Assembly: GCA_035384605.1 (NCBI GenBank)
Contig: DAOOIV010000006.1
Location: 9,148 to 73,147 of the forward strand
Length of the DNA stretch: 64,000 nt
From: Phycisphaerae bacterium
Lineage (GTDB): Bacteria > Planctomycetota > Phycisphaerae > UBA1845 > PWPN01
Direction of reading: 5' to 3'
Below, in pieces: positions 8,829 to 17,913 of the stretch; position 1 is the first letter of the stretch; every line of letters begins with the position of its first letter. Both the position numbers and the translations under genes were made by a program. The notes beneath the pieces were generated by a model. That model did not search any database and was not told the origin of the DNA. It saw nothing but the letters and a program-made list of their open reading frames with translations.

Positions 8829-8879
8829 ATGAAACAGGGCGGATTGCCCCATTTGTATCGGGTAGTCCGCCCGTTTCAT
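8829..8879 (+). terminator. stem-loop downstream of the micro-ORF (no U-tract)
   Basis: ATGAAACAGGGCGGA (8829..8843) pairs with TCCGCCCGTTTCAT (8866..8879), giving 14 bp with one bulged A and a 22-nt loop. Confidence 0.35.
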
Positions 8880-9108
8880 GCGCTGACTGGACCGCTCGGT
8901 CGGTCGTTCTTCTGTCGCTATCGGCTACTGATTGCGCAGGCCAAACGTGTCATGATGTTCGTCGAGTTTGATGCGTCGATTATGTGCTTGCCTCATGTCA
9001 CAGCAAAGAAGGCGCGTTACGCCTGTGATGTTGTCTTCGCCAAGCAGTGCGCTGCTGACGAATAATCGTCAACAGCCTGCGGGATGCATGTGTTGGCAGC
9101 GAGCGGCG

Positions 9109-10368
9109 CTATGCAGCGGGCGCCTTCGTCGCGCTGTTCCGGCGTAACCGGTTCTTGGGAGGTGGAAGAGCAGGGATCTGGGCGATGTTGAGAACATAAG
9201 TAGTGACCGGTATGCCCAAGAGCATGCCCCAGACGCCGAACAGCTCGTGAGCCACGAGGAGAATGATCAATACAATGACCGGATTGAGGTGAAACCGTGC
9301 GGCATAGATTCGCGGGTTGAACACGTAGGCTTCCAGCAGATGCACACCGACGATCATGCCTAGGGCAATCAGCGCCAGGGTCAAACCGTGGCTGTTGAAA
9401 GCAATCAGAATGATTGGCACCGATGAGATAAAGACACCGAGTACCGGAATGAGGCCAAAGAGAAACACGATGGTGGTCAGCAGAAGAAGGGGTTGGATGT
9501 CCAGGATAGCCATTCCGACGCAGGTGATGGTGGCGTTGAGAAGGGCCACCACGATCTGACATTGGAACGCTCGACCAACGACGCGCGAGAAGTCGACTAC
9601 GCTGGCGGCAGCCTCGTGAAAGAATCGTCCGACCTGGCTTGTGCGCCACTTGCGAAGCTCGCCGGCGACGGCCTCATAGTCCAGCACGATCAGGAATGAC
9701 AAGAGTATGGCCAGAAGAAACTGAAGTGTGCCCGAGATCACGCCTCGTATGAAGCGATTGAAGAGGCCGAGAATGCTCGCTCGCAGGTCGTCGCTGCGAG
9801 TGGAGCCTTTTGATTCAGGTTCGGATGCGTTCCCCTTGGCATCCTGAACTTGCATGCCGGGCAGCAAGCCGATCGCCAACGTCTGGAGGGTCTTGGCCAG
9901 TTCCTGAATGTTCACGCGCTCCGGACCCGACGCCATACCGTCTCCGTCGTTGGCCGGTGCCGTCGTGGAGGTTTCAGTGCCGGCATGGACGAACTTGGCG
10001 AGCATGGGCTCCATGCCGTAGTACTCCGCCGATTTCTGCACCTCCTTGGCAAGCTCTTCGAGCAGTCCGGGGACTTTCCGGCCGAACTCCGCCGCCTCGT
10101 CGACCACTCTCGGGATCGCCGTCATCATCAGTAAAACCAGGAGGGTCAGTGCCCCGAGGTAGGGAAACACCACGGCCGCCCAATAGGGCATGCGTGTGTT
10201 GGCGGTCAGAAACCTGGCCACGTTGCGCATCACGAATGCGAAAATGAAGGTGATGAAAACGAGGGCGAAGAACTGGCGGAGGAGAAACAACCCGGCGAAG
10301 AAGACGATCCACATCAGAACGGGCCGGTTGACTCGGTAGAAACGCTGGAGGTCAATTTCCACGGCCAT
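9109..10368 (-). CDS. AI-2E family transporter (PerM/UPF0118)
   Basis: 419-aa polytopic membrane ORF. The C-terminal region ELFGVWGMLLGIPVTTYVLN is typical of the family. Confidence 0.8.
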   Translation of the reverse strand: MAVEIDLQRFYRVNRPVLMWIVFFAGLFLLRQFFALVFITFIFAFVMRNVARFLTANTRMPYWAAVVFPYLGALTLLVLLMMTAIPRVVDEAAEFGRKVPGLLEELAKEVQKSAEYYGMEPMLAKFVHAGTETSTTAPANDGDGMASGPERVNIQELAKTLQTLAIGLLPGMQVQDAKGNASEPESKGSTRSDDLRASILGLFNRFIRGVISGTLQFLLAILLSFLIVLDYEAVAGELRKWRTSQVGRFFHEAAASVVDFSRVVGRAFQCQIVVALLNATITCVGMAILDIQPLLLLTTIVFLFGLIPVLGVFISSVPIILIAFNSHGLTLALIALGMIVGVHLLEAYVFNPRIYAARFHLNPVIVLIILLVAHELFGVWGMLLGIPVTTYVLNIAQIPALPPPKNRLRRNSATKAPAA

Positions 10369-10432
10369 TTCTCCGAAAGCCCCGGACTCCCGAGCCGATC
10401 CCGATAGGGAATCGCCTTGTCGTCAGCAACGG

Positions 10433-10783
10433 TCACTTGCGCGGACGGTTCTTGTCGTCCACGAGGACCACCCTGGGCTTGAAGGTACGGGCCTCTTCCT
10501 CGGAGACGTCGCAATAGGTCAAGATCGTGACAATGTCTCCGGGCATTCCCAGGCGGGCCGCCGGGCCGTTCAAGAGCACCGTGCCCGACCCTTTAGGGGC
10601 AACGATCGCATAGGTGATCAACCGGGCACCGTTGTGCAGGTTCAACACGTGGACCTGTTCCCCTGGCAGGATGTCGGCCGCTTCGAGCAGGTCCTGGTCA
10701 ATGGTAATGCTGCCCTCGTAGTTAAGGTCGGTTCCCGTCAGGGTTGCCCGATGAATCTTGGATTTCAGCATGAAACGCCGCAT
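10433..10783 (-). CDS. panD: aspartate 1-decarboxylase
   Basis: [29 protein letters not shown] contains the Gly-Ser self-processing site. The length of 116 aa is typical. The longer 193-aa ORF is treated as a spurious N-terminal extension. Confidence 0.92.
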   Translation of the reverse strand: MRRFMLKSKIHRATLTGTDLNYEGSITIDQDLLEAADILPGEQVHVLNLHNGARLITYAIVAPKGSGTVLLNGPAARLGMPGDIVTILTYCDVSEEEARTFKPRVVLVDDKNRPRK

Positions 10784-10922
10784 GTCGCGTTTTTTCCCTT
10801 CAGCCGTCGTCGGTCGCATCAACATACAGGTATGGCTGAACGGATTATGATACCTCGACGAGTCCGGGAGGGAAAGCCGGTCATCTTGACATCCCGGAGC
10901 GGATGCCGGATGCTCCCCCGCC

Positions 10923-11894
10923 ATGCAGACGGCTGATTCCCCGACCGGCATCGATCTGACCGTGCGCCTGGGCCGCCTGGTGCTGCGGAACCCGGTTTTG
11001 ACGGTCTCGGGCACCTGTGGTTACGGCGATGAGTATGCCCCTTTCATGGACATCAGCGTCCTTGGAGCCTTCACCACCAAAAGCGTGACGCTTAACCAGC
11101 GTCGTGGAAATGAGCCCCCCAGAATCGTGGAGACCGCCAGCGGGATGCTGAACGCCATCGGCCTGGCCAACGTGGGCCTTGAACGATTCATCAACGAAAA
11201 GCTTCCCGTCCTGAGCGACCTGGATGTGCCCGTTCTTGTGAACGTAGCCGGCCATAGCATTGAAGAGTACAGGACCGTCTGCGGGCGACTTGACCCCTAT
11301 GATGCGATAGCCGGTCTCGAATTGAACGTCAGTTGTCCCAACGTGTCCGACGGCCTGGTGTTCGGCACTGATGCCGACGCATTGAGCCGCTTGGTCGCGA
11401 GCGTCCGGAAAGTGGTCAAGCGGTCCCTGCTGATCGTCAAACTGTCACCCAACGTGACCGACATCACCAAGACGGCTCGGGCAGCGATCGATGCAGGAGC
11501 GGATTGCCTCTCGCTGATCAACACGTTCGTCGGCATGGCCATCGATGTCGAGAGACAGCGACCTATTCTGGCCAACCGCACGGGCGGTCTGAGCGGTCCG
11601 GCCATCAAGCCGCTGGCCCTGAATCTGGTCAGTCGCGTCTATCGCGAAGTGGCGGGCTCAGCGAACATCCCTCTGATCGGAATGGGTGGCATACGCACCT
11701 GGAGCGATGCCGTGGAGTTCATCCTGGCGGGTGCGACCGCCGTCGGCATCGGCACGGCCCTGTTCATCGACCCCACCACACCTGTGAAAGTCCTGGAAGG
11801 CGTGGAAGCCTATCTTCGCCGACACCGTCTCAAGTCGGTCAGCGAGCTGATCGGCCGTCTCAGGTTCGACAAAAATGAGCACCCCGCCGGCTGA
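10923..11894 (+). CDS. pyrD: dihydroorotate dehydrogenase, class 1 catalytic subunit
   Basis: 323-aa ORF with [41 protein letters not shown] and [13 protein letters not shown] motifs. Confidence 0.92.
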   Translation: MQTADSPTGIDLTVRLGRLVLRNPVLTVSGTCGYGDEYAPFMDISVLGAFTTKSVTLNQRRGNEPPRIVETASGMLNAIGLANVGLERFINEKLPVLSDLDVPVLVNVAGHSIEEYRTVCGRLDPYDAIAGLELNVSCPNVSDGLVFGTDADALSRLVASVRKVVKRSLLIVKLSPNVTDITKTARAAIDAGADCLSLINTFVGMAIDVERQRPILANRTGGLSGPAIKPLALNLVSRVYREVAGSANIPLIGMGGIRTWSDAVEFILAGATAVGIGTALFIDPTTPVKVLEGVEAYLRRHRLKSVSELIGRLRFDKNEHPAG

Positions 11895-12003
11895 AGTGTG
11901 AACGGGAAATCGAGAATCGGAGACAAAGCAAGCAGAGGCGCGAGACTGCGGCGTCGTCACGGTATCGTCTTACGTCGTCAAGGACCGATGGCCCAAACCT
12001 TGT

Positions 12004-12702
12004 CTAATTCATCGATCCGAGCCGTGGCCAGCGGTCAAGATCCTTCTGACGGACGGTCATCACCTGCACCAGCGTGCGCAGTTCATGTGTAAGAATTCCG
12101 GCCCGTCGGATAGGATTCATCTCTTCCAGCAGTTGCTGTTTGAGCTCCACCATTTCGGCCGGCAGCAGAGCTGAGGCGACCCGGTCAACCAGCTCGCCCA
12201 GCGGCAGTTCGCTGTCAACGAGGTTTCTCACGCGTTGAATGACGTCGGTGGTCTCAATTTGCTCAAGGCCAAGGACAGCTCGCAGCGAGTTACGGGCGGC
12301 AAACTCGCCGTCGACCTCAATTCCCGAGCCCGTCGGTAGCATGGGGTCCAGCATGGCGATGCGGTACTCGCCGTCGCGATCTTCCTGGCGGACGCGAGCC
12401 CGGCAGAGCCCCAGCAGGTTGATGAAGTAGCGGCCGTCGGGGATCTGAACGTGATCGTTGATCCTGCCGACACAGACAACGGGGTAGATCTCGGCCCTGT
12501 TGGTGTGATAGACGGGTTCGTAACCCGGCCGCAACAGAGCCATGGCGATAATCCCTTGATCCTCAATGGCGTCCCTGACCATCGCCCGGTAGCGGTCTTC
12601 GAACACCTGCAACGGGAGGGTGCCGCCGGGCAGAAGCACGGCATTGGGCAAAGGGAAAAGCCCTACGGGCTCAGAAAAGGAAGGCAACTGACCTACGCTC
12701 AT
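12004..12702 (-). CDS. LON peptidase N-terminal (substrate-binding) domain protein
   Basis: LFPLPNAVLLPGGTLPLQVFEDRYRAMV is a typical LON N-domain start. The start is uncertain, since the ORF extends to 12750. Confidence 0.8.
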   Translation of the reverse strand: MSVGQLPSFSEPVGLFPLPNAVLLPGGTLPLQVFEDRYRAMVRDAIEDQGIIAMALLRPGYEPVYHTNRAEIYPVVCVGRINDHVQIPDGRYFINLLGLCRARVRQEDRDGEYRIAMLDPMLPTGSGIEVDGEFAARNSLRAVLGLEQIETTDVIQRVRNLVDSELPLGELVDRVASALLPAEMVELKQQLLEEMNPIRRAGILTHELRTLVQVMTVRQKDLDRWPRLGSMN

Positions 12703-12913
12703 ACACCGAATTATACCCATCTTGGCCTGTCGATCAGAAACGTGATTCAAGGCACCATCATCGGGAGAACAGCATCATCAGGTTCCGGCTCGGCGGGATG
12801 TCGCTTGGGTTTCTGGCGCACGATCTCTGGGGTGGACGCCAGCCGAATCTCGCCATGAACTGAGGCCTGGTCTCAACCCACAGCGAGAGAAAGTGCATCC
12901 GGGCCAGCATTGT

Positions 12914-13570
12914 TTATTTTGCCAAGCGCTTGCCAGAGCGAGGTTTAGCCTCAGGAATAAGGTGTTCACCTCCGGTGTTCCGGGTAAGCAGCTCGGCGAG
13001 TAGGCGAATCGTGCCCTGGACGAATTTGAGATTGGCGTGGCTGGGGATATTCAGCGGTCGCACCATCGCAAACCCCACTGCCGCGTGGATGATCTGCCAA
13101 GCCAGCCACTCGGCGGGCAGATCGGTTCGGATCTGGCCGGCTTTCTGGGCTTCGGACATCACCGCTGCGAGGGTCCGGACATACCGTTCGTAGTGATCGC
13201 GGATGGCCTGCTGGATGGCCGGTTCGGAGACCTCCGTCGAGGCATGAAACAGGAGCTGGTACACACTGGCCGTCCATGGGTCAGCCGTGGCTGGGTTCCG
13301 GTAGAGCAGACTTTGCAGCTTCTCCAGCGGGCTGCGGGCATTGCGGATGGCCTGGTTCCAGTTATTCATGACCTCGTCGCCGACTTTCTCGATCAGGGCA
13401 ATGAACAGCTCCTGCTTGTTGCGAAAGTGGCGATAGATGATCGGTTCGGAGACCCCGGCCTCGGCTGCGATCTTGGCGGTGGTGGTGCCGCGATACCCGT
13501 ACTTGGCGAAGCACCGGGCCGCCGTCTTGAGCAACTGCTCGCGCCGAGCCTCGGCTTTCATCCGAACCAT
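12914..13570 (-). CDS. TetR/AcrR family transcriptional regulator
   Basis: HTH region REQLLKTAARCFAKYGYRGTTTAKIAAEAGVSEPIIYRHFRNKQELF. The ATG at 13570 is preceded by GGAGGG. The ORF extends to 13612. Confidence 0.9.
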   Translation of the reverse strand: MVRMKAEARREQLLKTAARCFAKYGYRGTTTAKIAAEAGVSEPIIYRHFRNKQELFIALIEKVGDEVMNNWNQAIRNARSPLEKLQSLLYRNPATADPWTASVYQLLFHASTEVSEPAIQQAIRDHYERYVRTLAAVMSEAQKAGQIRTDLPAEWLAWQIIHAAVGFAMVRPLNIPSHANLKFVQGTIRLLAELLTRNTGGEHLIPEAKPRSGKRLAK

Positions 13571-13657
13571 TACCGGCCCTCCGGGCCCGAATGACCCATG
13601 ACGAGACGCCAATGCCGGAGATCCGTCGTGGGCGGACCAAAGAAGACCGGAACAAGG

Positions 13658-13730
13658 GATCAGTGATCAGTCATCAGTAGTCGGTAATCGGCCAAATGAG
13701 AGACTGAAAACTGACCACTGACGACTGACA
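13658..13730. repeat. degenerate heptanucleotide array (TCAGTNN units) arranged as an imperfect inverted pair
   Basis: gatcagtgatcagtcatcagtagtcgg ... ctgaaaactgaccactgacgactgac. Period is 7 nt, and the right half is the reverse complement of TCAGTNN units. It lies between the GH116 stop and the TetR start. Confidence 0.7.
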
Positions 13731-13751
13731 ACTTGCTCTTGTCATTCGCCC

Positions 13752-16346
13752 TCACGCTCTCGGCGTGTACTTGATCTCGTTGATCTCCGGCCCGACCTTG
13801 GGCTCATAAAACGCTTTGCCGTCCTTCACGCCGACGATACCGTAACCTGCCGCTGTCGCCAGGAAACACTGGAAGTCGCCCTTCACCCTGGGTTCCAGGT
13901 ACAGGATCTTGTCCACCGCGTCATAACGGGCGCCGCTAAGGCTCTGCAACAGGGCGTACGAAGACATGGCCCGGGCGTACCAGTGGCCGCACTCGTACTC
14001 GTTGAAGGGGTTGCGGACCCGGCCGTCATACCGGTCACGGCAGGTTCGAACGATATCCAGCGCCTCGTCCACCAACCCCATCAGTATCAAGTGCGACGCC
14101 ACCTGGTATTCGATACCCGTCCACACCTCATCGCTGTAGACGAACGGCAACGAGAGCTTGCCGCCCTTGGGCCATGTGCACAGCAGCAGACCGCCCTCCG
14201 AATTACACGCATAGCTGGGGCGCTGCGGGTTGGCGTGCTCGGAAAGGTCATGCTTCAGGTTGTACTTGTACACGCTGTTGAGGTGGCTGGTCACCTTGCC
14301 GGGGTCGAGCACCTGACCGACTCCGCAAACCATCGCCATCCACGAGCCCAGCACGCCGTCCGAGAGACAGCCTGTGCCGTACTGATACTTGGGCCCTTCC
14401 TTCTTGAACAGCTCGATGGCCTCAGGCGAATAATGGCTGTGCAGGCTTATGGCCTCGAGCGGATTCGAGGCCTTAAGCCCGGTCCACTGGATCTTCTGGA
14501 AGAAATACTCGCCGTTGAAGAGTTGCTCTTCGATAAACCTGGTTCCTTTGGCGGCCAGGTCTTCATAGACCGATACATTCTGATCCAGAGCCTTGCCCAT
14601 CTTGACCGCTGCGGTCAGCGCCCCGATGTAGAAGCTGCTGCACATGCCGTCGGGGCCCCAGAACTCGATGTCGTAGGTGTTGTGGTGCGGTTCTTCCAGC
14701 ACGCCCTTGCGACCGGGGTCCCACGTGTTGATGCAGTAATCGAGGCTCTGTTTGACCTTGGGCCACATGGTCCTGAGCCACTCAGTGTCGCCGCTGATCC
14801 GCCATTCACGGTACGTCTTCATGATCCCGCCGAGCTGGCCGTCGGCGGCGGCATGGAAACCGTGGTCCGGCGGGCGGATCGGCAGCGAAACACGAAACGC
14901 CTGGTGGCCGCGCTCATCCTGGGACACATGAAACTCCGTCTCTCGAAGCGTCCGCTCGAGTGACGGGAAGAGATGAGGAATTGCCTGGGCGTAGTTCCAG
15001 ACGTGCGTGCAAGAACCATGGCAGCAGCCATGATCGTCACAGCAGCCTTCCCAACACCATAGCTTTCCGTCGGTCTGCCGCAGCACCGTCGGCGACTTGA
15101 GGATTGTCAGGTTGGCAGCAACCGCCTCAATCACCTCCGGCGGGAACGAGGTTGCGTAAAGGCAATCGGCGAACCGCTCAGCACGCGAACGGAGATCGGT
15201 ATATCGGTCGCGCCAGTACGCAGCCACCGCATCAACGTTGGCGAAACGACCGGAGTACCACGGGCTGAAACGGTCCTTCTGGCTTTCGGGGAGATCCTTC
15301 GGGTCATACCCGACTCGCAAGGTTGTCTTGCCGACGTACCAGGCAACCTGAAGCACGACGGTCTTTGACTCGCCAGGGGCCAGCGAGAACGGAACAAACA
15401 GGCTGGCTCCGGGAGGGGGCCCGCCTTCGGTCACCGGGGGGCGGTCGTAGCAGGCGCCGTTCTGGACGTCGTTCCAGGCCATGGTCAGCGGGTCCCACCA
15501 ACCACCCCGGAACCAGGCGTGGTTGATCCTCACGTCCGGATCGGTGACGGATACCGAGAACTCGCCCTGCTCCCAGGGCTTGTCTTCGCTGCCCTTTTGC
15601 CAGAGGACGAATCCCTGATGGCCCTGTCGAACACCGTGGCCATCGTTGCCGATAGCCATGAAGTTGCGGGTGTTGAACGAGAACACCGCATCAATGGCCT
15701 GTTTGCTGGTGTTCGTAAACCTGTACTCCAATCCGGCGACGGGCAGCGACGAGTTGTCGGGGTCGCCCGGCTCAAAAGGGCTCCAGCCGGTGATTTCGAC
15801 GGCCAGTGGTACCCGGCTGTCTGACAAAGCCACGATGCCAAAGGGGAAACGTGCTTTGAAGGACGCTTCGCGGAAGCGAGGCAGACCGTACGTCTTTCCG
15901 GCTGCCCCGTTGCCGCTACCCGGGGCCCCGAAGACCTTCCAGGCCGGGACAGGACCTTCGAGCACGCGGGCGATATTCTTCTCGCCTTTCACGCATACAG
16001 CGGCAAAGGTGCAGGGCTCGTTGAACACCTCCGGCTGGTGGCGCAGCGAGAGGTGCGAAATCGCCCCGGTCCCTTCCAGGCAAAACATGCCGGCCCCGAT
16101 TCCACCAAGAGGGAAGGCCACCCGGTTGATGTACCGCCCGGCGTAAACGTCGTTGTAGCCTCGCTTATCGCTTGGAGCAGCCATATCTCCTGCCTCGATT
16201 CCGTGAGGGCCGATCTCGTGTGGGTGGTGAGAGCACCCGGCGGTCCCGGCGCCCGCCCCGGCACCGATCACTCCGGCCGTAGCAACGGACTTTTTCAAGA
16301 AATCCCGACGCGGCATGCATGTGTCGTTGATCTCATCGGAAGCCAT
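13752..16346 (-). CDS. glycoside hydrolase family 116 (GBA2-type beta-glucosidase), Tat-exported
   Basis: 864-aa ORF. Tat signal RRDFLKKSVATAGVIGAGAG. GH116 N-domain motif FPLGGIGAGMFCLEGTGAISHLSLRH, followed by a long (alpha/alpha)6-type catalytic region. AAGGAG SD. Confidence 0.85.
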   Translation of the reverse strand: MASDEINDTCMPRRDFLKKSVATAGVIGAGAGAGTAGCSHHPHEIGPHGIEAGDMAAPSDKRGYNDVYAGRYINRVAFPLGGIGAGMFCLEGTGAISHLSLRHQPEVFNEPCTFAAVCVKGEKNIARVLEGPVPAWKVFGAPGSGNGAAGKTYGLPRFREASFKARFPFGIVALSDSRVPLAVEITGWSPFEPGDPDNSSLPVAGLEYRFTNTSKQAIDAVFSFNTRNFMAIGNDGHGVRQGHQGFVLWQKGSEDKPWEQGEFSVSVTDPDVRINHAWFRGGWWDPLTMAWNDVQNGACYDRPPVTEGGPPPGASLFVPFSLAPGESKTVVLQVAWYVGKTTLRVGYDPKDLPESQKDRFSPWYSGRFANVDAVAAYWRDRYTDLRSRAERFADCLYATSFPPEVIEAVAANLTILKSPTVLRQTDGKLWCWEGCCDDHGCCHGSCTHVWNYAQAIPHLFPSLERTLRETEFHVSQDERGHQAFRVSLPIRPPDHGFHAAADGQLGGIMKTYREWRISGDTEWLRTMWPKVKQSLDYCINTWDPGRKGVLEEPHHNTYDIEFWGPDGMCSSFYIGALTAAVKMGKALDQNVSVYEDLAAKGTRFIEEQLFNGEYFFQKIQWTGLKASNPLEAISLHSHYSPEAIELFKKEGPKYQYGTGCLSDGVLGSWMAMVCGVGQVLDPGKVTSHLNSVYKYNLKHDLSEHANPQRPSYACNSEGGLLLCTWPKGGKLSLPFVYSDEVWTGIEYQVASHLILMGLVDEALDIVRTCRDRYDGRVRNPFNEYECGHWYARAMSSYALLQSLSGARYDAVDKILYLEPRVKGDFQCFLATAAGYGIVGVKDGKAFYEPKVGPEINEIKYTPRA

Positions 16347-16566
16347 GGTACGCTCCTTGGGGTTAGATTAAGCAGCCTAACTTTGTCCTGCCCGACCGGC
16401 GGAGGTTACCATCTTACCCGGGCAAAGGGATGGGGCAAGACGAGCGTAACCGGCCCGCAGGACGCCATCGCCGTCAGGCCGATATCGCGTGCCAGGATGG
16501 CCGTTTTCTGGTACGATCCGGGCGACCTGTGTCAGATGTTGACCCGACATTTCCTGGAGGTTCATC

Positions 16567-17826
16567 ATGAAGGGCAGAATTCTTGTGGTCACTTCCGCGA
16601 TTGCGCTTGGCCTGCTGGCCGGTTGCCGAACGGGGCCGCGCTTTGACGGACCGGTCCGGGCCGTCTGGGTCGTTCGCACCGATTATGGGAGCCCCGAGGA
16701 TGTCAAGCAGGTCATGGCCAACTGTGCCGACGCCGGGTTTAACAACGTCATCTTCCAGGTTCGCGGCAACGGCACGGTTTACTATCCGTCCAAGATCGAG
16801 CCGTGGTCGGAAGAGTACGACTACAAGTCGCCGGGTTTCGACCCGCTGGCGGTGGCGTGCCGGGAAGCTCATGGACGCAAACTCAAGATCCACGCCTGGG
16901 TCAATGTCATGCCCGCCTGGAAGGGCGAAGCCCCGCCGAAGTGCCCGGACCAGCTTTACAACAAGCATCCTGAGTGGTTCTGGTATGACCAGCACGGCCG
17001 GCGTCAGCCGCTGAACTCTTTTTACGTCAGTCTCAACCCTTGTCTGCCGGAGGTTCGGACGTACATCGTCGACGTGTTTCGCGAGCTTCTTGCCAATTAC
17101 CCGCTGGACGGGCTGCACATGGACTACATCCGCTTCCCCAACGAGCCGCCGGCCATTCCCGTGGGCTCGGACATCGATTACCCGCGCGACAAGCGGACGC
17201 TCGAGCTATATCGGGGGGAATCATGGTTGTGGCCGAACCCGGATGACAACAAGGCCAACTGGGACCGCTGGCGGACTCGTCAGGTCACCAAGCTGGTTGC
17301 CCAGATTCGTGACATGGTCCGCGAGACGCGGCCACAGGCAATACTGTCCGCTTCCGTCGGGACCAACCGCAGGCAGAGTCTGAGCCACTTTCGCGATGAG
17401 CTCTATTGGGCGCGTTGGGGGCTGATCGACGCCGCGTTTCCGATGAACTACAAGCCCGATGTCCAGAAGTTCGATCAGGGGCTGGAGATGTGGATGCCTT
17501 ATCGCCGTCAGATCGACGTGGTGCCCGGCTTGTGGTTTGACGGCAAGCTTCCGACGGAGCAAGGCATTTCAGTCGTCCGACAGCAGATCGCGTCCGCCGT
17601 GGACAAGACGGGCAATTTCTGTCTGTTCTCCTATACGTCGCTCTTTGACCCGCCTGCCGGTCGGCGCGATCAAAGGACGCGACCCACTGACTCCGCTCGA
17701 CCGCGCGCCCGAGGCACCGGTCAACGCGAACTCCGCCGACACCAGTTGGTGCCCTACATCCGTTCGCTCGGCAGCTCGACTGCAGACCGAGTGGCGATGA
17801 CCAATGCTGGGCCTGTCGCCAAATAA
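16567..17826 (+). CDS. glycoside-hydrolase-like GHL10 / DUF187 family lipoprotein
   Basis: Lipobox LGLLAGC. AVWVVRTDYGSPEDVKQVMANCADAGFNNVIFQVRGNGTVYYPS and KIHAWVNVMP are typical of DUF187. GGAGG SD. The C-terminal ~60 aa are R/T/P-rich and atypical. Confidence 0.78.
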   Translation: MKGRILVVTSAIALGLLAGCRTGPRFDGPVRAVWVVRTDYGSPEDVKQVMANCADAGFNNVIFQVRGNGTVYYPSKIEPWSEEYDYKSPGFDPLAVACREAHGRKLKIHAWVNVMPAWKGEAPPKCPDQLYNKHPEWFWYDQHGRRQPLNSFYVSLNPCLPEVRTYIVDVFRELLANYPLDGLHMDYIRFPNEPPAIPVGSDIDYPRDKRTLELYRGESWLWPNPDDNKANWDRWRTRQVTKLVAQIRDMVRETRPQAILSASVGTNRRQSLSHFRDELYWARWGLIDAAFPMNYKPDVQKFDQGLEMWMPYRRQIDVVPGLWFDGKLPTEQGISVVRQQIASAVDKTGNFCLFSYTSLFDPPAGRRDQRTRPTDSARPRARGTGQRELRRHQLVPYIRSLGSSTADRVAMTNAGPVAK

Positions 17827-17913
17827 GGGCCAACCTGGATCCTGCCAGCTCACCAATACATCACCTCGCGGCCTCGTGATTGCAGGAGGGGCTGTAGCAG
17901 CGGAGGCCTTCTC

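Noticed and set aside
8829-9065. 78-aa ORF after the micro-ORF
   Set aside because: Its ATG is part of the hairpin stem. It has no SD, and its composition is not convincing.
13658-13730. Heptamer arrays considered as CRISPR-like or coding repeats
   Set aside because: The units are 7 nt, degenerate and contiguous, with no spacers and no cas genes. The period is not a multiple of 3.
17640-17826. Possible frameshift in the C-terminal tail of the GHL10 lipoprotein
   Set aside because: The annotated tail (AGRRDQRTRPTDSARPRARGTGQRELRR...) looks like out-of-frame sequence. The +1 frame has higher GC3 over about 17650..17745 (LPVGAIKGRDPLTPLDRAPEAPVNANSADT). However, the main frame looks coding again afterwards, no homopolymer is evident, and the catalytic domain is already complete. 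The evidence is insufficient to call.
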